Both the position numbers and the translations under genes were made by a program. A stretch of DNA of 62,895 bases, counting the filler, from Choristocarpus tenellus KU-1152 (taxonomy: Eukaryota > Protista > Phaeophyceae): NCBI GenBank assembly GCA_964200185.2. It is 8 parts of 8 records of this genome, joined end to end, with 100 filler letters (N's around TTAATTAATTAA, not from the genome) between each part and the next. Parts side by side here need not be neighbours in the genome. Positions count along the whole stretch, not along the records: positions 1 to 23,105 come from CAXNAD020000264.1; 7 more parts are not named here. The stretch is one strand, 5' to 3'. Shown in pieces: positions 1 through 11,723 of the stretch. The notes beneath the pieces are model-generated. The model was not told the origin of the DNA and ran no database searches. It saw nothing but the letters and a program-made list of their open reading frames with translations. Positions within the stretch are counted from its first letter, which is position 1, and each line of letters opens with the position of its first letter.

Positions 1-65
1 AAATAGACGGCCCCTACACCAACCCAGGGGGGGGGGGGGGAGGATAGGCATTGATGGGCACTGAC

Positions 66-2269
66 TTGAAACCGTGGGCCCACTGTGCAACAGTCTGTCC
101 AATACGACCGCATCCAACAATAGCCAGGGTCTTTCCTGACAACTCCAGACCCATGAACTTCTTGCGCTCCCACTTGCCACCCTTCATAGAGATGTCTGCC
201 TCTGGGATACGCCTGTACACCAAAAGGAGGTCAAGTCCAACACACAAATAGGAGGAGGGGGAGGTGGGGGGTGAGGTTCACAACAAAATTTTACAAGTAC
301 ATATTATTTTGTGCAACAAGGTATAGTAAAAAACAATTCAATACACAGTACACAAAATATCTCATCACAACGATCAAGGATATAACCATTGCTAACCCCA
401 ATCCTAACCATCTAAATGGTGCTCCAGAGAGATATCAAACACAAACAAGACATGGTATGGGGGTGGGGGGTGGAAGAGTCTTGAGGACTTTCCCCCCACC
501 ACCCTAAAAATAGCAGGAAGTTGTGTTCATAGAGTTGCACTTCAACTGGAAGTAAATAGAGGAACCAGACTTCAACACTTGAGTTGCACATGGATACCAG
601 ACATTCTGGAACTAAACATCACATCTGTGGGGGTACGGGGGGGAGTGGGGTACAACGCGGGGTTTGAATGGATTTACCGATAGTTGTGAAAAAAAGCAAA
701 ATATGGGGGGGGGTACGGGGGGAGTGGGGGTCAGGGGGGGGTGGGTACCTGGCTGCTGCACAGAGCAATGAGATAGCCAGCTGTGCTGTAGACACAGTGT
801 TGCCCCCTGGAGTGTTCATGACCAGGATTCCTCTTCGGGTGGCTTCAGCAACATCAATGTTGTCAATACCCACCCCTGCCCGGCCAATAACCTTCATGTT
901 GGTTGCCTTAGACAGAATCTCCGGATTTGCCTTCATAGTGTTGCATTTTGTTTGGTTGGGAGGGAGATAACATTACATTATTTCCCTGGGCTGTATTTAG
1001 TAATGGACAACAAACGGGGATGCCCTCCACACCACTGAACACTTTCCTATAGAGTGCAGGGGGTTGCTTGTGATTTTTCCGTTCAAGAACTACTACACAC
1101 ACCTCAAGGAGTACATTACTACACACACCTCAAGGAGTACATTATGAATTACAATTATTGAAGGATGGAAACTGGCAACACTGGCTATCTCAATCTTGAG
1201 ATGCCTGATTCAACATCAAATCATGTAAAACAAGTATCAGGCACATGAGGGTTTGGGCCATGAATCCTTACTATTACAGCCTTGCAAACTGAATCCACTG
1301 ACAAGAAACTGCTGGAAATAACTGATTTTGGTGAACTGGGAACATATTCTTAGCAGAATAACTACCATCATACAAAATGACATATATGGCTGGCAAACTA
1401 TAAACCATCTATATTCGCCAGTACTCTCTGTAGCAGAACGTACCCCTATGGTACTAGATACCATCTTATATCAACCAAGATAAAGTTTTCCTCTGTTGGG
1501 CATATATATAGAAAGAACATTGACAGGAGGCAAGGAGAATTGGACAAGGAAAGCAAGTGATATATATTGCAATCACCTTCGTGGCAGAACGAATCACCAT
1601 CCCATCATAATTTCCAACAATGCTCTGTAGCTGTTCTGATGTTAGCTTGTTCTTCACATCAGCCTGGTGACCCCTCTGTTGGAAGATGTCAACACACACC
1701 TGAGTAACAATTACAGGTATCAAAAACATAAGAGCATTCGGATTACCACACTTAGAGGTCGAATATCACCAATTAACAGTGCTGTCCCTTTCCAGAGATA
1801 TGCCGATGCAACAAGTGGGTGGGGTGCAAGGGGTACGAACAAGTTTATGCCACACAACATGAGCACTGCACTTAATGGACAGGGTTAGGAAGTGCATAGA
1901 GTAGCAAAACCGCATCGAATGTGTGCCAACCATTCAAGCTGGGCGGGAAATTACCAATAACGTCCCAATATGCGCATATGCTGCTAATTTGTGGGCAGTC
2001 CCAGGGTGTGTACACAATGATTGACAAAGCTTATTGAATATCACGCTGTCAAACACGCACAGCCCCTCAGTTTACCATCCTCGATAATGCGCTGGAAGAG
2101 AAAGACTGGATAACAAGAACAGATGAAGTGTGCAACGGACTTGTGCTTCAAATACAGAGAAAAAAGCTCTTACCGGGTCGATGTTATCGAGGCACAAGAT
2201 GCGCGCGAGCCGTGGAGCGCATGTATGGTAGGCACGTCTGCTAGCAAACCCTAGCTTTGAAAGCGCCAT
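66..2269 (-). CDS. PHGDH: D-3-phosphoglycerate dehydrogenase, 5' part (exons 2269-2174, 1699-1577, 930-749, 212-66; continues beyond window start)
   Basis: Exons join in frame via GT-AG introns. They give YDGMVIRSATK, KVIGRAGVGIDNIDV..AT.RGILVMNTPGGNT, KWERKKFMGLELSGKTLAIVGCGRIG (Rossmann GxGxxG), typical of SerA/PHGDH. Confidence 0.93.
1091..1144. repeat. Short direct tandem duplication (~27 bp x2) in PHGDH intron
   Basis: TACTACACACACCTCAAGGAGTACAT occurs twice in tandem. Confidence 0.85.
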
Positions 2270-4604
2270 CAGGTCGACGATCCTCTGTAGTTTACAAAGA
2301 TAAGAAGGCGTGGCCCTGGTGCAAGGTGAGAACAGGCGATATTGCATATGGGAAATAGGATAATAGGCTGAAAGCGGCTGTGGGAGGTCTAGGAAGGATA
2401 AAACCAGGTGGGTGTTGGTCCACCACCTAAATAAATAGTCGTTGGAGACTGCATCGATCCAGTGTCTGTAATATCATCTGATACCTTGGTACTTCACGGC
2501 GCTGGGAGAATGACCAACCGAGAAGTCCCGGAAAATCAGTCCAAAAGCCCAATAACAAGAATGCCATTGAGAAGATTGAATGAAATGATTCAAACCTTCA
2601 CAAGACCGTTTGAGGACACATGCACCTAAGGCGTACCATCGCTACAATCGAAGAATATTAACTGAATCAAGAACTCTACCCATTGGACTAAGAACTCCAC
2701 CCAGACCGAACAGAGACAGCACACTGGTCTAGTGTTCAACTCTGGAGTAGTAGGTGTGGGAGTTGTGGTAATCATAACTGCAGAGCATCACAACACAGAA
2801 CTCACGAACAATAAGAGATGGTACTTGTCGTCTACTGCTCCAAACCAAGAATGAATCAATCAAGTATGTTGGGCACTACCGGCAAACCCACATCGACCTC
2901 CTTACCCTCCCTTGTCAACAACCTGAATCGAGTCCCGATGTGGTAGGTTCTGCAACACACATCTTCCCAGTCACTCGCGCGTTCAAAGTGAAGTGAAGTT
3001 CGCGAGCAGCGAGATCGCGCGATGTATGGTGGACTTCGTTCTATTTTTCCTGTTCTCATGGTCAATTTTTGTTCTCCCTATGAAATAGTAGGGGAAATGG
3101 AACTTGGTCCTTTCTGGATTAGCAACGCCATTATGCCCATGCGCACTTAGAGCCACGGTCTCACTACTCTCTCTCCGCATACCACATGGCCGTATAACAA
3201 TAAAAGTATTTTTGATGTTGTTCGTCAACGAAGGCATCTCTCATGTCAGAATGAAGTTTTCAAGTTTTGCATTACAAGGTTCACCACACTTGCTTAGTAA
3301 TGTCCTCCAGAAGTACTAATGTAATTAGATTTACAGCAAGGGCTCAACATCATACAATGTATACCTTCACTCTAGTGTAAGTATGTGATCTCTACAAAAC
3401 AATGGTATAAAAGGTGAAGCAATACAATTTATTTTTATCCCCCACTATGAATACAAGCGACTACAAAACAGGAGAGCCAGGGCAAAGAGCACTAGGGCGA
3501 TTTCCAGTGCAAGGGGTCATCAACGAGATAAACCACCCACTCAAATGAAGAACCAAGGAAAATTGGTATCTCAAGGCGCACTATGCTTTGTTGGCACTTG
3601 AAGAGCAACACTCGTAGAGGTTGTCCTAGGATTTGTGAGGAATGTAGGCTACTTTTGTTTCCAGATACAGCGCGCTGACTGTACATGCTAAATGTACAAC
3701 AGAACAGACACTTCATTAAGGAAACAATGATAGTTATTAAAAACACCAAATTTTCCCAGTATTCTTGGCAACAGTGCCTCCCTTGAAATGGAGACTCTGG
3801 CATCAATTTTCATATTGAAAAGGAAACGTTTGTAGTTGGAATCCTCCTGACTGGTTTTGCACAAAAAGGACGTACCCCTCTACTGTAGATTTCCTCATGG
3901 AACAAACACACACATACACACACAAAACACGGAGGACTGTACCATCTTCAACAGAGAGACACACTGACATGCCTCCTGCCTACACATATTGTACACAGAT
4001 CAAATACTCTAGCAACTCAACCCATCACTAGCTACATGATAGATTCCTCGATATTAACAAGAAAAATGTTGACCATTCCACAAAGAGGTGCAGCAGCATC
4101 TTCTTCGGCAGACTGAAACTGGTACAGATGCCTATCCCCATGACAAAACTAGCCTGATAGATACAACAATGGTCACATTTTTTCCCCTTTTCAACACTTG
4201 TAATGACTCCTAGGTCTTATTCATTGGTCTCCAGGTTGCCCTTCCAAAGTCTATCCATCCTCTCAAAGCTAACGTAAGAGCCAATCCATATCTAGGACCT
4301 GCAGGTACTGGTAATAAAGTCAGAGCTAAGATGCTCCTAGAATAGCGATGCCAGCATTAACACTAATTGCAAGGTGAAATATTGCAAGCTTGACTCTATT
4401 GACACTCAGCCACTACTATTGAGAAACGCAAGGACATTACATTATTCAACTGTAAAGCTTGTTAAAGAGCCCATGTTAGTGTGGAAACATGAGTCAGGCG
4501 GTCAAAGCATTATATTCAAGCGATTGCACCCTTGAACCTTAACACCCAGACCTCCGTCCTCCACTCTTGTTTTCACAGCAATCTGCGCCAACACAAGTAG
4601 AGAG

Positions 4605-4648
4605 GGTAAAAACCGGAGGCCGGCACCCCCCCCCAGATACTTTGACCC
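4605..4648. mobile_element. MITE family B right terminal inverted repeat (possibly an internally deleted mini-copy)
   Basis: C9-AGATACTTTGACCC matches the right TIR of the element at 7677-7855. It is followed by AGAG, and AGAG also occurs at 4601-4604. Confidence 0.6.
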
Positions 4649-4961
4649 AGAGGTGTTGAGAAGACGGAAAGGCACTACCCTGTAGAGAATGCTGCTCCCC
4701 CGAAAAGATACGTCCGCTGATTTAAGCAAGAGGAGTCGATTGTTGTGTTGGATGTGTCCAATCATCATCTATATCTGCCAAGGGGACAAATATGGAACAA
4801 ACGGGACTATTCGTCAATAGTTGTTTGATTAACAGCAATATTTTCACCTGATAGCGAAAAGTTCTCGCAATTCGACGATGCCGTGGGCAGGATGGGCAAC
4901 TCATTGATTCACCGCGCACCAAGACTGATGAAAACCTTCGCCTCTCTTACATCCCGACACT

Positions 4962-5237
4962 TCAAGCAACATCTCCTCTAATAGCTCTCGCTCCATCGCT
5001 GGTCGCTCTATCTATTACTTTTGCACGGCATTCCATGTAAGCGTGAATAACCTGACGGCACCTGTGAGAGGGAGGGGGGTTCATCAAGACAATGTGTTGA
5101 CGCTTGACAGAGACTGAAGCAATACAATGGAGCATATTTCTCAAAGCCAACCTAGTCTCCTGGTAATTGGAGCGAGCAAGACAGCTCTGAATCGCACAGG
5201 CTTGCTTTTTGCAGTATCTCTCCACGATCTCATCCAT
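4962..5237 (-). CDS. CMC4: Cx9C motif mitochondrial intermembrane-space protein, CMC4/MTCP1-like (exons 5237-5152, 5061-4962; 61 aa)
   Basis: MDEIVERYCKKQACAIQSCLARSNYQETR|CRQVIHAYMEC has twin Cx9C spacing once a 90-nt GT-AG intron (5062-5151) is removed. Confidence 0.78.
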   Translation of the reverse strand: MDEIVERYCKKQACAIQSCLARSNYQETRLALRNMLHCIASVSVKRQHIVLMNPPPSHRCRQVIHAYMECRAKVIDRATSDGARAIRGDVA

Positions 5238-5659
5238 GTACTCCCCTTCGTATTTGGTACCTCAAGTCTCAGTGTCTCTGTTTTTCTGTATTGGAGTTGA
5301 TTCAAGGTTCATTTTAGTGTATTTTTTGTGTATTGTGGTTGGTGGATGGATATACCTTGGACAACGTAACACATTTGGTATTTGGTTGTTGTATTGTGGT
5401 GGTTTGTTATAGATAAAATATACTATGAACAACGTAACGCTCACACAACATAAAATATACGTTGTATTATTGACGTAGTGGAACATTCTCACAGAAAGTA
5501 GATAAAATTACTCCAAGGTGTTGGAGGGATGTATTGTCGTAGACAACAAGCCCTACATCACTACCAGTTGTAGTTCTCGAAACAAAAAGTCATTATTGGG
5601 ATTTAAGGGAAATTGTGAAGGTTTGACTTAATTTTGGGTAAGATTGCGCGACTCTCCCA

Positions 5660-6330
5660 GCGAACGGAAGATGCTAAGGTTCCAGCCAGAATTCCTGTTA
5701 GTGGCGGCGTTATCGAATCTCTAGCAAGTGACAGCAGCGAGGATCACCACCACCTAATGTGACCCTTATCTGCACCTTGGTGGCAGGAGACTCGTCGTCC
5801 TTGCAGAGATGATGAAAAATAACTTCTCATCCACATTCATGAAGTCTTCGAAATTATTAATAGTGGAAGGTTTTCGAGTTTCCAGGTCCCTCTGTCACCC
5901 AGCTTGCAAACCACAACTTTTTTTGTAACTTGCACCCATCAATAAACAAGCAACGACTTAAGGTTGATAAAGGACGCCCAAAAACCAAGTCTCGAGTTTT
6001 CATGTAGAGTGGACAACAACAGGATACCCAGCTGAGTCGCCAGGGCGCACTGTGTCAGGAGCTTTTTTGTGGGAATCTTTTTGCAGGCATCAACGTAGGT
6101 CATCAGCGTCCATATCTTTGCGACCAGAATTACCCTTCCACCGCATACCAATTTTGTGATCCATACAGCACTAACATTTTCTTGGGGTCGTGTGGTCCTT
6201 CAAAAACCTTTAGATGGTCTTGGTATTGATGTCAAACATCTTGGCAAATCGCTTGATGTCGCCACGTATAAGGAGCCATTCTTCTTGTTGCACCTCTCTC
6301 TGTAGTCGCTCTTCCTTCAACCAATGGATG
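5660..6330 (-). mobile_element. Degenerate Tc1/mariner (DD39D-type) transposase relic
   Basis: Minus-strand fragments in the expected order: RGDIKRFAKMFDINTKTI (HTH-like), KKIPTKKLLTQCALATQLGI, FEDFMNVDEKLF (cf. VHVDEKWF), VVILAAVT (cf. VMFLAAVARP). Contains stops and frameshifts. Confidence 0.6.
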
Positions 6331-7676
6331 GGTTGGATAGTGAGGATGAGTTGGATGGATGGTGAGGAGGTGGATGATGATGAGTATGAGATGGACGGGA
6401 GGAACATGGGGATGTTGAGAGGAGCAGGATCAAACATGGAGGAGGAGAGTGACAGCCTCTTCAGGCATGTACATCCAAAGAGAGGCACCCGACAAGGAGT
6501 TTCAAAATAATCGACTGGGAAGGTACGAATCATTCATACTTCATACTTCATCCTGTGGACACATTGCCGAGATACATGTACCATTATAATGGAATATTTT
6601 TATATTTTCCCTCTTAGTCATTATTTGGACAGAAACATGCTCAACTGTGTGCACTTTGAAGTCGACATACTTCTTGCTGCACGTCTACATACTATCGAGA
6701 TATGGAAAATATATTGCAGAAATTGTAAAAGTGACTGCTCCTCCACCTGTGTATGGTTCATAACACAATGGAAGGAAGGACAAAGTATATTTATTATATA
6801 TTCTTATCGTTCTATATCACCAGTGATTGCTACTTTTTGCTGGAAGTTAATACTCTCCGCTGCGATTTGAAGTAGTCAACATAATAAATTTCTACGTAAT
6901 ATTTGTTGTGTTACTCAACAAAATAATGGAGAAGACATGGAACAGGCAAACACACATACTTGCATTTTATGGGGTTGTTATTTGAAATCCCTTCATCATA
7001 CATGAAGTATATGTATGTATATACACCATTTGTGAGACATTGGACTCCAAACGTTTGTAGACTTGTAGTAGCGTAGTAAGGCTGGTATTACTATCATCAT
7101 TGGTGATTTTTTCAAATATTTGTTCACCATACAACGATAAATAGTTTGTTGAATGATAAAGAGTTGTTGCTGCAGCACGTTTTTCTCCTTTTTCTCTTGA
7201 TGCAGCAACGAGGTATCGAATCACACAGAGGAACAACAAGACAGTACGAAGAAGAGCCCGTAGGCACACACACACACACACACACACAAACACAAAATGA
7301 AGAACCGGTTCGATCGGCCATGTGATGTGGTGCATATTAAAGGGACAAGGCATGAAACTCTCCATGGAAACAGCTAGGAAGGAGCAAAAAATTGTCCATC
7401 AAATCCACATTATGGACTGTTTTGCTAAAATAAAAGCAAAAATAGAAATTCCAAACTCCTTTCAAAAACGTTAACGAACTCCTTTTTTTGGGAAAACATT
7501 GTGTTTTAATGCAAATCGCATTTTAAATAGTAAAATATTACTGAGTGTATGTACTATTTAATACGCGAAAATGATTGTTTTTTTGCAGGTGATGTCATGG
7601 GCAAAACAAGATTTAACGTGTAAGGCAAAACATGTGAGACAAGTACGACAAATAGAATGTGTACTGCTTACCTGTT

Positions 7677-7855
7677 GGCTCAAAGTATCTGGGGGTGTGT
7701 GTGCGTGACCGGTGTCCATTTGGGTCCCATTTTTCCATGTCACGATTTTTGGTTGTTTTGGTTGCATGCGTCAGATGGATAATGTAAGTGCACTTTTCCT
7801 GGTCAGGCCCCGAATGGACACTCTGGTGTATCCCCCCCCCCAGATACTTTGAGCC
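7677..7855. mobile_element. MITE family B, complete 179-bp copy with 19-bp TIRs and 4-bp TSD (TGTT)
   Basis: TGTT|GGCTCAAAGTATCTGGGGG ... CCCCCAGATACTTTGAGCC|TGTT. Non-coding interior. Confidence 0.88.
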
Positions 7856-7949
7856 TGTTACAGGAAAGGTCTTATCAGTAAGTTGCAATACCATATACTC
7901 TGTATCATCTTCTTTTGTAGGGTGCAAATGACCTCAAGAGATGACCTAG

Positions 7950-8455
7950 AAATAGTCCTCGGGCCTCTCTCTCTTGGTGGTGTGTCATACACAAACTATA
8001 GGGTCTATACCGGCAACAAAAAAAGAGTTTGGGTTGTGAAAATGATTTAATAGAATTTTGCCAAGCATAATTCCACCTCGAAATCGTATGAAATGAACTT
8101 GGATGAGTAGCGCATTGGGTTTCATAGCAACTTAGTATAGGAGTCGAAAGTATCAATGATGGTAACTGACGTGGTTGAATACTGTTTTTTGTAGATTTGG
8201 GCAGACGACGATAGGGTCCTTGATCTCAAGGGTATGTAAGGTTGCTATGTCAGAGTTTGACTTGCTCAGCATCGGATAGGTGGTTTCTTGAGAGGTTCTA
8301 TGAAACCCCATCAAACTAGTACTTAAGCAACTCATATAGTATTTTTCAAATTCTGGTTGAGGATGCATCAGAAAATGAGTAATAAAAGCCCTCTTGGTGG
8401 TTCTTTGGGGCCTCTGAACCGTGTAGTCAACCAAGGCATTATTAGGGAATATCAC
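7950..8455 (-). mobile_element. Possible decayed MULE-type transposase fragment
   Basis: Broken minus-strand frames give FDGV, then LHTLEIKDPIVV, then YDFEVELCL and NSIKSFSQPKLFFCC. These loosely resemble the MULE DGTF...DFE...GC.FH layout. Weak. Confidence 0.3.
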
Positions 8456-8985
8456 AAAAACCGGTTACAGTGCCACACCACTATTGCGAGTCCTTTCCTA
8501 TTGTGCAATTGAACCAGTCACCCTATGTATTGTAAACCAAAGTATAAATAGGCAACAAGTAATTTGTGTGTGAAGCAGGTACAGTGTTAGCATTGGGAGT
8601 TCTCTATATAAAAGCACCCAATACAACAGCAAAATGGAACTGTTTGTCTTAGGGCTTTTGTTTTAGTGTCCCTTATACAGAACGCTCACTCTGTGCATGC
8701 TGTGCAGACAAAGGCATGAACGGACGAACTCGAACCTGTACATATCGAATCATGTCCAACTTTGGTGGACTTACTGCATAGCATCCGCAACACATACATA
8801 CTGCATGAGTTACGAGCCTCCCAGAGTGTTCGTATGCTCTTTGTTTTCACAACGCACATGTACGGTTGGGAGAAGACGACGCTTGTAGTAATAGTTTTAT
8901 TGTATCCTCTGACACTGGTATGTGCAAGAGAGGTTGCCAGGAAGACACAGAGGAGGGATTAAGGATTTTTATATATTTTCTAATT

Positions 8986-9260
8986 TGCTCTCTGACATTT
9001 TGCAGATGTGACAGGCAATAAGTCTAACCTATATTATAAGGACCCCTCTAAATGTAACGTTTATCGTTTTAAGGTAAAAGACACCTCTCCAAGAAAGATT
9101 TACTATTTGAATACTAGCTATAAAACGACACCCCCTTAATAAGTTGGTAATTATGACGTAATCTGTACACTGCTGCTATGCCTCCAACCTAGCTTAACCC
9201 TATAAAGGGGTGAAGAGCTAGGAAAGCATCCCAAGAATCTGTCAAGACCTTTCTTGCCCA
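8986..9260 (-). mobile_element. CRE-like non-LTR retrotransposon 3' fragment
   Basis: Reverse complements of the shared 3' motifs: CTCTGACATTTTGCAGATG (near 8990) and GAGCTAGGAAAGCATCCCAAGAATCTG (near 9215). Confidence 0.7.
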
Positions 9261-9894
9261 CATATATATGCACCATGCTGTGGAAACTAGTATTTTCTGT
9301 TATCATACTGTTATTGCCTCATGCGATATACTGTCATACCGCTTGAGGTTCCCTGTCGGGAATCCTGGATTCCAGTAGAGGATTTTCCGTGAGACTGAAC
9401 CATGGATTTATTTCTTTAGGCCAGTCCTATAAGGGATGGGCTTCTCTTCATTCAAAGGCACCAAGGATCCAGCATTCCCTTTTGGGGTCATGGTTTGTTA
9501 TTCTGATATGATCCACATTCCTTCTTCTCACGAGATCCTCCCCATTCTGCAGTTTTGGGCTTGTCCAACCTTAACCTCGTCATCTCGGTAACGGCTCATC
9601 TTTTCTGGTGATCCTATCATCCTTCCTTGAGTAAATCAAACCACCACATTGATGTACAATTTTTGTAATACAGGTTTTTGTGTACTACACACACATTCAT
9701 CGATCTTCATATCCTTTTAATGGAAAGCGTCTTACCCTCGATGATTTATAACGAACACAGCTTTTACATCTTTCTTTCCCAACATCCAATTTAGTTTCAG
9801 AAAAAAATCTCCGTATGAGGTTTAAAAATATCAGTGTTGTGAGAGCCATCTTCCAGCTCAGATATGTTGTTCATAGGACATCTACCGTTGCATA

Positions 9895-10110
9895 TTGAAG
9901 TTAACATCTGCTTAAAGAAAATATCGGGTGGTTTGAAGGGACCTTACAAACCTTCATCATTCACTTTCCACTTGTTCACTCTTTTCTGAGTCATCTTTTG
10001 AGGGATTGCTTTCCCTCCTGCGTTGTCTTTCTCCATTCCCATCCTCCTTCCTGTGGGTCTTGCCGGTCCCCTTCAGTCTGAAGAACTGCCTGTCGACCGG
10101 TTTTCATCTG
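9895..10110. repeat. Dispersed repeat, copy 1 (homologous to 16617-16825)
   Basis: Shared blocks GAAGTTAA.ATCT, ACTTTCCACTTGTTCACTCTTT.CTGAGT, TCCTGTGGGTCTT, TTCAGTCTGAAGAAC..CTGTCGACC. Confidence 0.75.
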
Positions 10111-10360
10111 TTTCACAGTAGAAGGATTTAAAATCTTCCCATTAGTCAGTATTTTAGGATACGTTTATTAATTTAACAGTAGTGGAAAGAATGATATACT
10201 GTATGGGAGGTTTTTCCTTCTGTTGTACCAACTACTTTCCCACGTTACTTATGTCATCGATTTTTTTTCAGTGTTTAAATACGGGATAAAACTGTAATCA
10301 TGGCGTAAGGACAAGAATTCTGACTTAACTTACTGATAAACTGTCTTTCACTACATATGC

Positions 10361-10673
10361 GGCTCTCTCAAGACCTGTCATGCGTTTCAGGCTAGAGACA
10401 CCAGAGAGATGGACAAGGGGCGGCCTGTCAGATTCTCGGGATGCTTCCCTAGCTCCTCGACCATTTGTGTGGGACTAAGCTCGATTAATGTACACATAAC
10501 GTTGTAATTTCCAAGCTTTATGGGAGTGTTTGTAGTGTTGCTGGTATTCAAATAGTAAATGGAATTTAGAGAGATATATTTCGCATTTACAACTTTTACT
10601 TTTACATAGGTCCTTGTGATATTGGATGGACCTTTCCCTGAAACATCTGCAAAATATCAGAGGGCATAATAAT
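10361..10673 (+). mobile_element. CRE-like non-LTR retrotransposon, 5'-truncated copy
   Basis: GTCAGATTCTCGGGATGCTTCCCTAGCTCCTC plus terminal CATCTGCAAAATATCAGAGGGCATAATAAT. Confidence 0.75.
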
Positions 10674-10814
10674 ATGGGTTCAGGTAAGTTACATATGGTT
10701 ATTTACTTCTAATTATTCGAGGCAGTTTGTTGTTTGAGTATGTTTTGTAGTAGATAGAGTGCTGTACTACGTCCAGCAGAATGTAGGTTGTTTTGGGATG
10801 TAGTCGGATCAGCT

Positions 10815-11430
10815 CCCTTCCAGGATAAGTACCTCCTCCTGGATGTTATGTTTGCAGAAGTGCAAGCAGCCTCCCATCTACCACACTCATTCACCAGCGA
10901 TGGTGTAGCTACTGCTGCAGCTGAGGCACGAAGGTGCACCCACTACGAGAGTTCATTTGACCTTCGTAGTTGTAACCTCACCACCTTCACGGTGGCAAAT
11001 TTTGGGTGTCTTGGTAAGCAACCAGAATTTGTCTGTGATGATTTGGGTATGCACACGGTAGGGGAGAGAGGGACGGGAGGCTACAACAGGAAGGAAGATG
11101 TCAAATCCTGTTTACGACAGATAGTGTCTGTCACAACACAAGTGGCTCTATCAAGACGTGCCATGTGTTTTAAGCTGGAGACACCAAGGAGGAGCCCGTC
11201 AGATTCTTGGGATGCTTCCCTAGCTCCTCACCCTGGGTTGTAGGGCCTAGGTAGGTTGGAGACATAGGAGGGGAGTGGTGTAGCATAGCTTGGAGTCAAA
11301 TAGTAATATAGAAAAACATCTCTCACGTTTTTGAGAACTATTACTTCTACAGGGGTTCTTATGATATTGAATTGGCTTTTAATTGGCTTTCCCCTCGTGC
11401 ATCTGCAAAATGTCAGAGGACATAATAATA
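10815..11430 (+). mobile_element. CRE-like non-LTR retrotransposon, 5'-truncated copy with RLE-like C-terminal coding remnant, 3' UTR and (TAA)n tail
   Basis: ORF 10788-11243 encodes LLLDV...AAEARRCTHYESSFDLRSCNLTTFTVANFGCLG...RQIVSVTTQVALSRR (restriction-like endonuclease tail). Ends CATCTGCAAAATGTCAGAGGACATAATAATA. Confidence 0.75.
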
Positions 11431-11437
11431 TACATGA

Positions 11438-11723
11438 GCGCAAGTAGCCCTATCTAGACGTGTCATGTGTTTGAAGCTGGAGACAACAGGGAGATGGGCA
11501 ACGAGGGGCTTGTTAGTTCTTGGGGATGGTTCCCTGAGGTGCAGGACTAAGCTAGGTTGGAGGTACAGGCAGGGGTGTAGCATACCTTGTAGTAAAATAG
11601 CAAATAGATCAGCGTCTTTCACATTTATGACAACTGTTACCTTTTCAGGGGTTATTTTGACATGTAATTTTCATTGGTTTTTCCCCTGACAAATCTGTAA
11701 AATGTCAGAGGGCATAATAATAA
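11438..11723 (+). mobile_element. CRE-like non-LTR retrotransposon, 5'-truncated copy, head-to-tail with previous copy
   Basis: Starts at CAAGTAGCCCTATCTAGACGTGTCATG (QVALSRRVM) and ends AATGTCAGAGGGCATAATAATAA. Confidence 0.75.

Noticed and set aside
2400-4450. Possible additional gene or retroelement relic between PHGDH and CMC4
   Set aside because: Coding-like patches contain stops and could not be joined into a supported model.
5239-5256. Stowaway-like terminus TA-CTCCCCTTCGT near the mariner relic
   Set aside because: Imperfect match, no partner inverted repeat found, and it abuts the CMC4 start codon.
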